Shown here one piece after another: positions 13,691 to 26,850 of a stretch of DNA of 64,000 nt. The notes below the pieces were generated by a model. The model did no database searches, had not been told where the DNA came from, and saw only the letters and a program-made list of their open reading frames with translations. The DNA is from Lama guanicoe. Lineage: Eukaryota. The translations under genes were made by a program, and so were the position numbers. Where the stretch lies: the NCBI GenBank assembly GCA_013239625.1, contig MU053881.1:9137957-9201956 (forward strand), written 5' to 3'. Numbering within the stretch: position 1 is the stretch's first letter; every line of letters begins with the position of its first letter.

Positions 13691-14564
13691 GACCATTTCT
13701 TCTCATCAAATAATGTGCATGGAACTGGTGGGAGGCCAGGATTCCTCTTGGTAGCCCCAGGGCTTAGCCGAGGGATGGGCCCATCGTCTGTGTGATAGAA
13801 TTTGATGATTGAATGGAATTACAAGGGATTGTCTTCTTAGGAATGAGAGTGGGTTTAATACATTGAGGCTTCCTGGTTCAGGGATTTGAGAAGGTTGTAA
13901 TTAAGAGCTAATTAAAGATCACATATTTTCCCATGAAAAGGACACTGAGAGTAACTAAAACATTCAATGGAAATGAACCAGCACGAGCATCAAGAAACAT
14001 TCATCTGAGACTTCTGGAATAAAACAAGACAGGATTCAGACACGTCGTAAGTGCTGTTTTATTCAACTTAGGCCACCTGTCCCCTGCGCACCACTCTAGC
14101 CTGTTCCATCACTTAGAAGATGGAATTCACAAGAAGCCAAAGAAGCCAAAGGGGGCCGGCCACTGGCCCACGACAGACAGACCAGCACAGGACAGCACTG
14201 GTTCTCAGATACAAACCCAATGGCCCTATTTGTTTCTAGCATTGGAAGTTCATTCTGTCAAATCATTATTCAGAGCGATTGATTCTGTCTTATAAAGCAC
14301 ACCCAGATCAAGGTTTTTAAACCCAGGCTGTTTCTTTTCTTTCACTTTTCTTTCCTTAATTTTCCAAAAAAAAACTAAATAAATTTTTGCATCCTCCAGA
14401 CAGGAAGAAAAGCAGAAATCGAATTCAGACTGATTAGTTTGACTTGGGGAAAAAAGAATGACTTGAGAAGAATGAATTGGAAATGGAGTTATAAAACAGA
14501 CATATGGCCCACAGAGAATCACTTCAACAGAACTGCATCTTTTTGATTGGATATCCAAATAGTA

Positions 14565-14760
14565 ATGATGTTGTGGACTGGAGTCAACAGGCATGAGCTG
14601 GGAACGATACTCCACCCGTGCAATCCTGGGCGGTAACTTTCCTGATTCTCAGTTTTGCCGTCTCTAAAATGGGGGTAATAGTGCATGTCTGGCTACCTTG
14701 AAGGGTTGTTATGGCTGGACCTGACACAGAACGTGTAAATTATTATACAAAGCGTGGCCC
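14565..14760 (+). mobile_element. MIR SINE
   Basis: ctcagttttgccgtctctaaaatgggggtaatagt...ctaccttgaagggttgttatg. Confidence 0.75.
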
Positions 14761-16064
14761 CTACACGGTAAAGGACAAGGTGATAGAAAGAAAGAGTCAC
14801 CCTCCACCTCCTGCAAATGATTTCCTAAAATTTAGACAAGGGTAGGGTGTTTGCTCATGAATAACAAAAAAATTGTTCCATTCATTTTGTTGTTGTTGTC
14901 ATTTATGAATTTGACTAAAATGCACAGGGTATAGATTTTCTCAACTGAAAAAGCTTGCTGTTGCCTCTTTGACCACAAAGAAATGACAGCAGTCATCAAA
15001 CAGCAAAGTCACTGAAAAAAAAGAGAGAATCTATTTCCCCTTCCAAGAGAAGACATTCAGGTGTCCCAACTGACAAGCTTTCAATACCTCTCTCTACTGA
15101 AGCACAAAAGCATTTTCAAGAAACAGTGGACAACCCTCCAAAAAAATTATGTTTTGTTGTTTTGCAAATCTGTATGCTCCGGCGAGACACAAAGCAACGA
15201 GCTCTAGTCCATTAGTATGACAGGTAACGCTCTTACTAACAACTGCCTTTTACTCCCTCTGACAAATGTGCCTGGTGCCACGGTTGACGTTTGTGTGGTA
15301 ATCAGGAGTGATGGAGAGGGGACGTCGGTGCTGCCGAAAGTGCCCCCCGATTTAATGTGAACGATTTGTCAAACGTGCTGTGATAGCAATGCTGTCAGAC
15401 CCGGGCAGGGAAGCACTCTGTCATCTTTGCGCCAACCAAGGTCACTTTGGCAGGGAAAGGAGGGCTCTCGCCAATGAAATTTTCATGTTTATCGGTGATG
15501 CGCATGGCCTACTTTCACAACTTGTTTTTCCTTCTATTAACAGATAACCATCGCGGGGTTGGGGAGACACTTCCCTGGAGAGAAGCCCGCGACAAGAGAC
15601 GGTCCCCAGGGTGAGCCACTTGGCATCACTCAGTGCCAAAAACCCAGGTTGCAGACAGAAAAGCCAGGAGCCCGTGTCAACCAAATGCATCTGGGTGTCT
15701 TTGTTCCTGGCTGAATACAACGATCACGTAGCTTGCGTTTCCAATACCACGTTGACAGTATTAATTGTTATCATTACACTGGTGGTATGACTTCTAGTTT
15801 TATACCTTGACCTTCTAGGCATCAAATAGCCCCCAAGCATCAAAAGGACCAAAGGTTAGATGTGGTCTTCACATTATGGGCTCAATGCCTTGGCCAAATG
15901 CTTAAAAAAAAAAAAAAAGGAAAGAAGAGAAAAGGTGGATAAAAGAAATGGAAGAGTGTTTTCTGTTACTGAACTAGAAGCAACAGACTCTCTAGAGGAG
16001 GCTGGGTTGGACGTCTTTGTTTCACATTTCCGCCAGAGCCTTTCAGACCTCCATCACCACACTG

Positions 16065-16185
16065 GGCGTATGTCCTCCACTAGACTGGAAGCAACGTAGG
16101 GCAGGGGCTATGTCTTATTGAATTTCATATCATTATCCTCTAGCGCAGTGTCTGCTCAGTAAATCTTGATGTCATGAATGAGTAT
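16065..16185 (+). mobile_element. L2 3' end
   Basis: ccactagactggaagc...agggcaggggctatgtctt...tagcgcagtgtctg...atgaatgag. Confidence 0.7.
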
Positions 16186-16367
16186 CATCCATAGAAATGA
16201 GTGCCAGAAAACTGAGTGAAAAGAAACCAGGGTCCAAGCCAAAGATGGCCAACTGGGCGCCAGCACAGCGATGCGTTTTGTTTGTGGATGAACAATGCCT
16301 GAAAAAAACCCAATGATTTAGTAGACAGAAGAGATGGAGTCAGAAGCCCAGAGGAGTGGTCATCAAC

Positions 16368-16852
16368 TGGTGATGTCCAGATCAAATGGGGCACAGAGGC
16401 AAAATTCTGACTACAAATATGTTTTGTTTAGAGCAGGCAATGTGAGCCTGCAAAATCTTACTGTGTGAGAGTGTGTGTGTGTGTGCACGCACGTGTGCTT
16501 AATTAACTGCTAACATTTAAATATTGGGACTTTTTACCTAAAAGCATAGATTTGGGATTCTTGGAGAGGGGGGATTGGGGAGCCCTGGCAATGCTGGCCT
16601 GAGTCTCAACAGTTGCCCCCTTCAGATGGCGTTCAGCCTCTAGCTTCCCCAGCCCTGAGAGCCTGATGCCAGCTGCCATTTGTCACCACGTTTGCACTAT
16701 TACTTTCCTAATAGCAGGGAGACATTTCTCTCTACGAGGTCTCAATCAAAAGTGGCTCAGAGCACTGAATGATCTCCCTCACAGCTGGCTCGCTCCCTCT
16801 GCATTTACATGATCTGTCCTGGCCCGGTGGGCTTTGGCACTTGTGACACTTG
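16368..16852. mobile_element. hAT-Charlie element (MER102/Charlie4-like)
   Basis: tgttttgttt...ctaacatttaaatattggga...atagatttgggattcttg...catttacatgatctgtcctggccc...ttgtgacacttg. Confidence 0.65.
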
Positions 16853-17224
16853 AGCTCCGCTTTCTGGTGGGGTGGCTTTCCTGAGATCATCAGAGCAGCA
16901 GCAGGTCCAAGTCAGGGCCAGCAGACAACCAGGGCCTTACAGGCTTTGCGGTACAAAATTAAAATACTGATTTCACGTGGAGCACCTCACTAAAGACAGA
17001 CAGGTAAGACTGAAAACTATTTTTACAATACTCTAGAGAGAACTAGCCCTTCTGAGATCTGTAATCTCATGTCATCAGCAGCAGCAGAGCTAGCAATACC
17101 ATCCCCATTTTGTAGATGAGAATACCAAGGTTGTATTTGAAAGGCACAAAAAATAAAAAAGAAACAAAAAAAACCAAGGTTATGAGCAAAGTTACATCAC
17201 CGGCAGGATGAACAGGGAGGCCTG

Positions 17225-17330
17225 GCAAACCTACTACATCTGAATCTCATGGGCTAGGACCGGAGTGCCAGGATTTTCCTAGAGATCCCCACGTGAGTCT
17301 AACGTGTAATCAGGGTGGTTGAGAACCACT
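17225..17330. mobile_element. MER5-type MITE fragment
   Basis: cctactacatctgaatctc...gtgagtctaacgtgtaatcagggtggttgagaaccact. Confidence 0.65.
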
Positions 17331-17337
17331 CTCTTAG

Positions 17338-17773
17338 TGTAATGGGCTGAGAGTGTTTCTACAAAATTTATATGGCGAAGCCCTAACTCCCAATGTAAAT
17401 GATATTAGGAGGTAAGGTCTTTGGGAGGTTAAATAGGTTGAGATGGGGTCATGAGGGTGGGGTCCTCATGACGCTACTGGTGCCCTTACAGGAAGAGACC
17501 AGAGAGCTTTCTCTCCCCTTCCTTCCTTTCTCTCTCCTTTTCTCTTTCTCTTTTTCTCTCTCCCCCTTTCCTGCCCTCCTCCCTCTCTTTCTCTGTGAGG
17601 TGAGGGCACAGTGAGAAGGCAGCCATCCATCAGCCAAGGAAGAGAGCCCTCACCAAGAACCCAACCACCCTGGTCTCAGACATCCAGCCTCCAGAACTGT
17701 GAGAAATCAATGTCTATGTTTAAGCCACCTGGTCTATGGTATTTTGTTGTAGCAACCTGCGTTGACTAATACA
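17338..17773 (+). mobile_element. MaLR solo LTR (MLT1A-like), full length
   Basis: TG...CA ends (tgtaatgggctga...gactaataCA), diagnostic ccagcctccagaactgtgagaaat and tttaagccacctggtctatggtattttgtt, and a degenerate TSD (cttag/ctttag). Confidence 0.9.
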
Positions 17774-18559
17774 CTTTAGGAGTAGAATCTTCCTCCAGCC
17801 ATCACCTTTAAGATGAAAGAACGGCAAACACAGATGTCTCGGCTCAAGTCCCACTGGCCAGATGGACAGGGAAGAGGTGCGGGGATGGGAGCTGCCCTGG
17901 GCTAGGCTTCAGGCGATGGGATTTCCAGCCTTTGTTCTAAAAATCGATGCTTTGGGATATCTGAGGAGAACGAGCAGTTTTTCAAGTAGGTGAATGTGTA
18001 AGAATCTGAACACTACAGCTTCTTCAGGGTTCCAGCCCTCATGTGAGATCAGAGATGCTGACCTCTTTGCAGGGACCCATATATGCATAGCTTCAAAAAG
18101 TTCCTCTCTCAATCCCGATGTGTATTCCTGGTTAAGTAAGAATCACTGGGTGAGATGATAAGAACCCTTTATCTCATAGACAAAATCTCACAATTGATGA
18201 GAAATGTGAGGAGAATATGGCCAATGGACCCCCGTGCCTGAGCAGGTGCAATTACATTAAGAGGATGTGGTTACACCAAATGTTTACGCACATGTTGAAA
18301 ACTGAGTTCTCACTAGAGAGTTACACAGGATTTGATGTAGAAATTGTCCACTGTGTGATGTCTGTTCTAGCCAATGAAGAGAAAGACTGGATCTACACAT
18401 AATCCTCAAGCACACATGCAGGTGACCTAATTATACTCAGTAGCAGTCATCCCAGGGGATGACTTCTCAGTGGGGACAGAAGGCTATATTTAAAGGGAGC
18501 ACTTTGGGGTGAACAGTGATTCACTGGCCCTTTTTGGATAATGTGACTTATTTTAATCA

Positions 18560-19180
18560 TTGCCTTTGAGAGTCACAGCGTGTCCTACTGTGACTGTTTA
18601 TTCCTTGTTCATACTTCTGTGTCCAGTATACAGACAAAAGCTGATTCATAGTAGAGTCTTAATATTGAATGATGAATTTAATATTTTTAAAAAGAGAATT
18701 AAAAATTGAGTACTGCTATTTTCAAACACCTGTTTATGAAAATGGTCTTTAAAAAATTTTTTTTAAGTGAACAGAGAATCATTACATTCTCCTATTTAAA
18801 ATTCTCTAATGATTCCCCCTGGACTACAGCATAGAGTGGAAAGCATGTGGGAACTCTAGGAGCATATGTACGATCTGGCCTGGACAACATCTTTGATTTC
18901 CTCTCTCACTGCACTGACAAGGGATGACCTTGTCATTAATTGCGGGTCAAGAATCACACTTTACTGCACACCTCCAAGTCTCTGATCAAAATGCTTCCTT
19001 CTGCCTGGACTATCACCCTTCTGTTTGCTTCCCCAATATGTCTCAAGGTTCAGCTCTATAAAATCTTTCTGAATCTGTCCAAGTAGAATTAATCATTCCT
19101 TTTCTTTTTGCATCATCTAACAAGTGTCGTTCATGCCAATTTCATTGGCTTACATCACTTAGTAATTGTGCATTTTTCCC
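18560..19180 (+). mobile_element. Degraded L2 fragments
   Basis: An L2 tail at ~18560-18680, plus atcattacattctcctatttaaaattctctaatgattcccc...ttccttctgcctgga...caaggttcagctc. Confidence 0.6.
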
Positions 19181-19739
19181 TCCTAAAAAAACTTACAAAC
19201 TATTAGAAGCTTGGTTCTAGGTTTGCTATTAAACTTAGGCATCTGCCAAAAGATCCAGGGCATTGTAGGCACCCACCAACAACAGCTGGGACACACTGAT
19301 GCATCTCAACCTGGTGCCTCAGGAATCGGAAGCACACTCTAGAGGACTTACTCTTCTTGGATAGGGGAAAAGAGTAGATGATTTTTGAATAATAAGCCTC
19401 ATAGAAACCCAAATCCAACATAAGAATTTACTTACAGATCTGGAAACCCATGAGATGCTTAGATCCCAAGAAAGCTACCCCAGAAGACGAACAGCGACTA
19501 AACCACTTAAAGCAAAGCCCCCCGATGATGATCCAGACCAACATTGATCTTCAGTATCGATTTGCGATACAGAGGAGGGGCTTGAGAAAATGCCCGTTGC
19601 CCTAGTTCATCAACAAAATGGTAATTTGCGAATTACTAGCCATCCAATTTGAGTTTCAAAGCCAAAAGTGGAGGCGTGAGCTATTTTACCTGCTCTAGTT
19701 TTAGCTGCCAAGTGTGTGCTCTTTTCCTGTCTGTACTTT

Positions 19740-19830
19740 CTGCCATTCTTGACAAGTATTTCTTGAGCACCTACTATGTGCCAGGCATGATTTTGGTAGT
19801 AAACAGGGTTGACAGGCCCTGCTCTTGCGT
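19740..19830 (-). mobile_element. L2 3' end
   Basis: caagtatttcttgagcacctactatgtgccaggca. Confidence 0.75.
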
Positions 19831-20549
19831 TTCATGTTTCTCTTTCCTTTTTCTTTTTACTGTCATCTATCATTTTGGGTCTTTGCAAATTAGGTGCTTT
19901 AAGAAAATTGGAAAACAGGTTGGGAATATTTTATTTCACCATAACCAGATCTCTGAGTTATGAAAATGGGGGGAGTTCACTACTCATTTCTGAGACATTT
20001 CAAAACAGACATAAAACTTCAGAGCAATTAAAGGAGATACTCAAATGAAAATAAGCACTTCTATACAGTGTCTTTTTCGTGCCCCACTGTGATGTCCCCT
20101 CCCCCTTCCATCTGCTGGCTCTTATATGCAAGTGCTCTGTCTTTAGTGAGGCCTGGAGATACAGATCCTTCCGTTCTCCCTCACCACTGACGAGGAAGAG
20201 ACAACAGTATCCGTTCAACTTCTTCGTTCCTATTCGTTCAGCTGATTTTACGGTCTTTAAAAAAAAATACTTGTAAGTATCCTGCAGGTATCTCCTAACC
20301 TAGACCTCTTCCCTTAATGCCCAGAAATGATCCGTGACACCTGAGAGCCAACCGAGACCTCCTCCCTAAAACAGACATTAAACAATTCAAGGAGTCAACT
20401 CGGGTCTAAGTTTCAACAAGAAAGCCTGCCATCATACTATTACCTCACAGCATCTAATGGAATTTAAGAAGCCACGTGGTCTGTAAATTGATTACTAGCC
20501 CATAACATGGGCAAAGTGACATTCTCAGTGGTCGAGCATCTAGTGACAC

Positions 20550-21100
20550 TTCAGTGTCTATAACCTTCCTTCCACACCACCCCTCCGCTTTGTGCTGCTT
20601 CAGCCTACTGGATCTTGCTTCAGCCTACTGGATCTCTTGGTGTTCTGCTACATCTGAGAATCTGAAAGAGCAGAGTCGTATCCAGCTCAGGATCCTTGGC
20701 CTGGGTGTTCCTTGGGAAGTCCTACCCTATCTTTCCCCAAAGTAGGCTCCCTGTAACATCAACCAAGTCTCAGATCAAATGTCCCTGTTTTTAATGACAC
20801 CTCCCACGACCATCCTCTTTCAGGGAGCCCTCCTCCTGACCAGTTACTATCATACTGCTCTGCTCTGATTTATTCCACAGCCTTTATCTTCATGAAGGTT
20901 TCCTCTGTCCCTTGTTTATGTATGTATTTTCTTTCTCCTTTCCGGCCCCACTGCTGGACAACATGTAAGTTCTCTTTATCAGCATTTCCTCGTCTGTCTT
21001 GCTGTCTTTTTCTTTCCCTTTCCTTGTATCATCAGAATCCAGGAAAGCCAGTGCAAAGTATGCACTCAATTCATATCAACTGAAAGGATGTATGAATTTG
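20550..21100 (+). mobile_element. L2 LINE 3' region
   Basis: cttcagcctactgg...ctcaggatccttggc...aagtctcagatcaaatgtc...cactcaattcatatcaactgaaaggatg. Confidence 0.7.
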
Positions 21101-22327
21101 TATGAGTTTAAATGCATTCATAAGGTGTGTTTTCCTCTTCAGTAGACTTGAGCAAAAAGCCTAGTCTCAACAACATATATGCTGCCCCACCCCAAGTCCC
21201 AAGCTTGCTCGACCCAAACCATGACCCAGAACACTCAATCTTCAGTAGAAATTGACAGAGAAACATGTTTTTTTTTTCTTTGCTCTGCTCTCATCAATAA
21301 AAAAAAAATACAGATGGTGAGGCAATATGAAGGCATGAACCCCAGGTGGAGAGGTGACACACACGTCTCACAGATGGCCAGCAGGGGGTTGCATACGAAG
21401 CAGTGAGTTAAAAGGTCCTGGATATCAATCAGGAAGGAGAAGATGCAGAAAATTGTTTGGCTGATTTTTTTTCCTTCTTTGGCGAGAAACAGAATGAGAA
21501 ACAAACAAGAAGCAGCTGAGGAACGTAGGGGCCAAAACCACTCGATTATTCTCCACCCTGCAAAACTGCAGGGACGAGGAATCTGGAGAGTAATAAAAAT
21601 GCTAGCGGAAAGAAATGTGCCAGCAACTTTAATGATCAGAGCTGTATGCACGGCCAAAGGTTTTCCCACGTTCCCTGGCAACAAAGGCTACCTTCTCTGA
21701 GTTGTTTCAGGTCCCTGGTACCCTCCTCTCTCCCCTTCCTTCCTTTCCCCTTCCTCTTCCTCTCGACATCCTTCTCCATCCCCCAGCCCCACTTCCTTTT
21801 CTCTCTTTCAGTTCCCATTGTTAAATACATGCACCCTAGGAAATGAGAATGAGAAATTGGTTCCAGTGGAATGATGTTGAATGTAACTGTGGGTGAAAAT
21901 ATGTTTGCAGTTTTTTTTTACTCAGCAATAGCATAAGTTAAAGGAGGAGATTTATGGTAAGAAATCATATTAATCAACTAAATTAATGTATAATCTCAGT
22001 GATTCATAGAGTAAGAATAACAAATAAAAACTGGGCTCAGGAAAATATCCTCACCAGGTACAAGACTCAAGACCCAAATGAAAGATGACTTTGTAATCTA
22101 CTCACACACTAAGATCAAGGACATTATTTCGTCATTTCCTTATCAAATATGCAAAAAACACAGTCATTCCCTCATGGATTCTTTCGGTCTTTGAAAGTGT
22201 TCCTTGTAGTTCATGGAGTAAATGATAAATCAAACTTGTGCATACCTTGTTCTGTCTTTATGCTGTGGCAAGTGACATTTTCAAATGCAAAAGTAGATAC
22301 AGGTTAACAATATGGTATATTTTAGAC

Positions 22328-22545
22328 TGACGCTGTCTGATGTAGTAGTAGTCAGTAGCCATGTGTGACTGTTTATGTTTAAGTGTAAATTCATTAAAAT
22401 TAAAGAAAATTAAAAATTCGATTCCTCAGTCACATCACCCACATTACAAGTTCTCAGTAAGTTAAATATGGCTAGTGCCTGTGTGCTGGAAAATACAGAG
22501 GGAGGATATTTCCACCATGGTGGGAAGTTCTACTGAATACTCCTC
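22328..22545. mobile_element. MER3/MER33-type hAT-Charlie MITE
   Basis: gctgtctgat...agtagccatgtgtgactgttt...taaaattaaagaaaattaaaaattcgattcctcagtcaca...atggctagtg...gaagttctactgaata. Confidence 0.85.
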
Positions 22546-25500
22546 CATGGCAAACATTTATTATGCCAGGGGTAAAGAGCGAGTTATCATTACATACGTG
22601 AAGTATCTAGTTGCTGCTCACATATTTCTGTTAATTAGAGATATTGGTGCAATTATTTACATAATGGCTTTCTCCCTGGATGGACTGCTAACATCACAAA
22701 GGCTTTTCTTTTTTGCTCTTCCTGTAACCTCAAGACCCTGGCAACATTTGGCCTTGCACCATGCCAACACCTGATAAATATTTGCTGAGTGACTGAATGA
22801 TGGAATACACGTCAAACAGCAATGGCAAATACTCAAAACAAACGTACGTCTAAGGACAAAGAAAAAGAGAGAAAATGCCATTCAGTTAAGATATAAATAC
22901 GAGTAAGTGCTTCATTTTTTTCCTCATTGTTTTATCTGCCTAGAAAGAATCCAGAAATCAATTCCACCCTTAACATATGGGGATCCACTTGCCTAGATGA
23001 GCAAATGAACCCTAACCATATCAGCTGAAGAAACTGTGAAATTAATTGTGTTGACATCTACTTGGGCAGAAAACAGTTAACCCAGCGTGACAGGGTTATG
23101 ATAGTGACTGAAAACTCCTCGGAGGCCCTCGAGAAAGAGTTGTTTTCATCTCATTATGTCTGCCTTGATAATTACAACCAACTCATCAGCCTTGAGTTGA
23201 ACACCACATATAATCACTTTCCTGCATATTTTTTGAAGGAGGAAGCATAATAAGGTAAAATCTGCAGACTAATTTATGACATTTGTGGATCTATTTTCAG
23301 GAAAAGAAAAACTACAACACAGTGGGGGATGCTGAAATTCTCTTATAAATGGTGTAGATATTTTTAAGAACTGTGCTTAAAATTAAGACCCAAAAAATCT
23401 TTCTTACATTAAAATAAAGAGCAAGCACCCAACATTTAACACTCATTCTATTAACAAAAAACTTTATAACTTGTTGCCCAAATCAATCTCCGTCTTTAAT
23501 TTCAAGAACATATTACTAGAAACAAAAGTGGAAATCCCATATCTGGTTAAAGGCACAGATTAAAACACTAAATACAGGAACATACCATTAGTGAGCGCAT
23601 AGAAGGGAAGAGTTATTGCCCAGAATGAACATTAACATATTTGTGCAATAAAGTAGCCTTGGGAGGACTTTTTTTTTTTTCTCCTGGATTCCCTGTATCT
23701 GTAAATGAAAACAAAATAATGAAGCTCTTAATGTTATTCTCAATCACCTCACGGAGCTTTTATGCTCAGCAAGTCATCTGTCAGCTATCATAAGGACATT
23801 TTACTAATCAAAAAACAGTGAACAATTTAAAAAAAAAATCACATCTCTGCACTAAACACAAAACTCAAGCAATCAGCAACAAAGTTAAAAAAAAAAAAAG
23901 AAACAACTTCAACAAAACCATCTGGCTACTTCTATTTCAGGTCATAGCAGCTAAAAATGGCATTAAAGGAGATCAGGAGAAAACATAGTAACTGCTCTGC
24001 CCCAGAGGGGTTTAAAAGCGAGAAAACAGGTCTCTAAGTTTTGCCACGGGGGGTCCCCAGACTCCACCTGGCAGCAGGAGTTTTTCCCTGATGGAATCAA
24101 ACAGATCCATAGAAAATTCTTAATTTCGAGTTGCTGATAATGTTCAGATCTGATCAGATTTTAATTATGTGAAAGAGGCAGCACTTGAGAGTTACCTGGT
24201 TTATTTTTAACTGTGAAGCGTTAGGTGTAGGTGGTTTTGTAAAAATCAATTGAAATGCCCATCTGCAAATGGGGAATCTACATTTGCGTAAAGTTCCTAA
24301 TTAAAGAGCCTTAGCCCACTCTTTTTCTTTGCCCTTGACAATCCGCTGCCGTACTAGGACGACGCACACACAAAAGCACCCGAGCCCTACCCTTAGCTGC
24401 CTGTTACGTTCCCCACTAATGCTAAGCACAAAGTTGTACACAAAGACATAAGAAGTCACTTTCCTTCCACCAGCCTTGGTTTCTCCCCTATATATTCTCT
24501 GCCCTTTAATGTTTGCTTCTGTGTTCATTTATTCCAAGTGTTCATTTTATAGCTCAAAAGGAATGCCTAAAAAAAATTTTCTTTCAAATGCCTTCTGAAG
24601 TGAAACAAAACCCTTTAATCTTTGAGGCTTTTCTAGAAGAGAGCAGTTGCTCAAATGAAGTTCAAAAGAACTCTTAATGTAAGAACTTTCCTGATGGGGG
24701 AGGGTGCGATTAACCCAGAGTCTGAATTATGCTTGTCTAACTTAATTTCCAGTTTAAGAGAATCACTTTTTCCCCCCTTTACTTTGATAACTGCCAACAT
24801 TTACATATATTACACAGTGCTCCCAACATTAAAATACTCTGACAATCATACCTTCAACTCTGTGTTGACGTGCTAGCGACTGCAGGAAACAGTATAGCTG
24901 TTTTGTAGGAAGGCTGTGATTAGAACACTTCAAGGTTCACAGTAGGTTCTGAATTGCCCCCACACGGAAATTCCAAGATGCTTTTCATCTTCTAACACGG
25001 GGTTACCCACCTAGTCAAATGCAATAATCTCCTTCCTCTTTAGACATCATTTGTATCCATATTTACCCACGCTGGCAAAATGTAGAAAGATTACTCCTTC
25101 CAGCTTTTTTTTAATTACCAAAATTGAAGTTGCTTTTAAAATACCACAGTCCCCCTCGAGATTTCAGGAGAGCAGGAGATCACCATGGCAATAAGAGAGT
25201 GGTGCCAGCATCATCTTGGCACTGACTCGTTACACATCTCAGGAGACTTTTGCACAGGAGAAAAACTGAACTGGTGTGTAAAAAAAGCAGGCACTCTCCC
25301 TTCAGTCCTTTATTTGGGGAATGAAATGACAAATTCCACGTTACAGAAGGTAAATAGGAAACCGTTGTAACCATATGCCTCCCTCTAGTACGCACAATTA
25401 AAATGCAATATCAATCTGCTCTCCTGGTGTGTAAAGTAAAAACGGAAAGTTGACAGACAGTAGCCCACAGATGATGTCCACATGCCAGCTTCACTCTCCT

Positions 25501-25602
25501 CCTTCATGCTTTCCTGATCTCTCACAAAGCCAGCTCTCTGACTGCAAGAGGGGTTAATACATCTAAACTCCCGGGATGGGGGTGTCATCTCACTGCCTCC
25601 TG

Positions 25603-25820
25603 TCATTCATTCATTCTTTCAGTCCACATTCCCTGTCTGCTTAGAACACGCTAGGCAACGGAGAGCCAGGGCTGAAGGGCACAGAGCAGTAAGTGTACTG
25701 CGGAGTGGGAGCAGTGTGTGTGTGCGAGCACGCGCGTGTGTGTATGTGTGCATGTGTGTAATTATGAAACAGTGTGGTAAGTAAGTGGGAAAGTCCACAC
25801 AGAATATTATAGAAATACTG
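25603..25820 (-). mobile_element. L2 3' end with embedded (TG/CG)n repeat
   Basis: Starts tcattcattcattc, then cacgctaggca...cagtgtggtaagt. Confidence 0.55.
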
Positions 25821-26027
25821 AATATATAGTATTACATAGGCTCTTTAAAATAATACGGTAGCATTATAATATTAAAGTACCTGTAACAAATAAATATTAA
25901 TTTTAATGTAATAACTTACTAGTGCATACACATTAGTAGTCATATAATGCTATCATTTCTAATTATCTCCACTGTTCTCTCAAATGCTGCCCCTCTCCCG
26001 TGGTGTCAAATGCCTGTTTTATCTGTT

Positions 26028-26187
26028 TCATTTTGTTTCCTTTCCTTTTTTTGTTTGTTTGCGGTGGTGGGGGGAAGTAATTAGGTTTATTTATTTAGTC
26101 ACTTTTTTAATGGAGGTACTGGGAACCAAACCTATGACCTTGTGCAAGGAAAGTGCACTCTCTACCACTGAGCTATACCCTCCCCCC
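26028..26187 (-). mobile_element. tRNA-derived SINE, camelid Vic-1 type
   Basis: Minus strand GGGGGAGGGTATAGCTCAGTGGTAGAG (A box)...GGTTTGGTTCCCAGTACCTCC (degenerate B box)...AATAAACCTAATTACTTCCCCC plus an A-rich tail. TSD core ttttatctgtt at 26017-26027 and 26189-26199, with an L1-EN TT/AAAA site. Confidence 0.88.
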
Positions 26188-26639
26188 ATTTTATCTGTTC
26201 TTTTTAAGTGAACCATTCGTGGGACATTCCAAAGCAACACTTGCCCCAGGCTCACTTCAGGCAGAAGAAACCCTCATAACTCCGAGAGGGTGGGGGGCTG
26301 CAAAGGGAGGACTAAGCCCGTGAAGTTTTCCCTTAAGAAGCTGGATTTGCAAAAGCAAGGCTGCGACCTGGCTTCTTCATGTGTTTTGGGAGCGCCTGTT
26401 CCAGCACCGTGGTGTCCCCGGAAGGTAAACTGATTGCCGGAGAACACCTTGGACCCTTCCCTTCAGATTCGACACAGACGTCTTGATGGAAGAAGAGCTA
26501 TGTCTCAAGGCTGCTGATTTTTTTTTTCCTACCATTCACACAGAAAATTCATTGATGGAACAATGAAATCAATGGGAGCCAGCCCAAGAGAGTTTTGAAA
26601 CTGAGGGTCTGTCTCTAGGGGTGTCATTGGAGGAGACGG

Positions 26640-26850
26640 TCCGGTAGAATGGGGCAAACAGGGGTGTGGCAGAGCCAAAGCCTAGCTTCCTGCTCCCTAG
26701 CTGTGGGACACCAGAGCAACAGTGTAGGTTTCTTCTGGTGCCTCAGTTTTCCTATCTGGAAAACAGAGATTTTATTCACTTTTGTCAGTCAGGTTTACTT
26801 GAGATAATGACATTAAACCAGCACATAATTAGCACTAAGTCAGTGATGCT
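26640..26850 (+). mobile_element. MIR SINE
   Basis: ctagctgtggga...gtgcctcagttttcctatctggaaaacagagat. Confidence 0.75.

Noticed and set aside
24060..24074. CTCF site (minus strand CTGCCAGGTGGAGTC)
   Set aside because: It mismatches the near-invariant second C and the C after GG, so it is too weak.
26100..26187. tRNA gene
   Set aside because: The A/B-box head is part of a SINE with an A-rich tail and TSD. The B box is degenerate and no full cloverleaf is evident.
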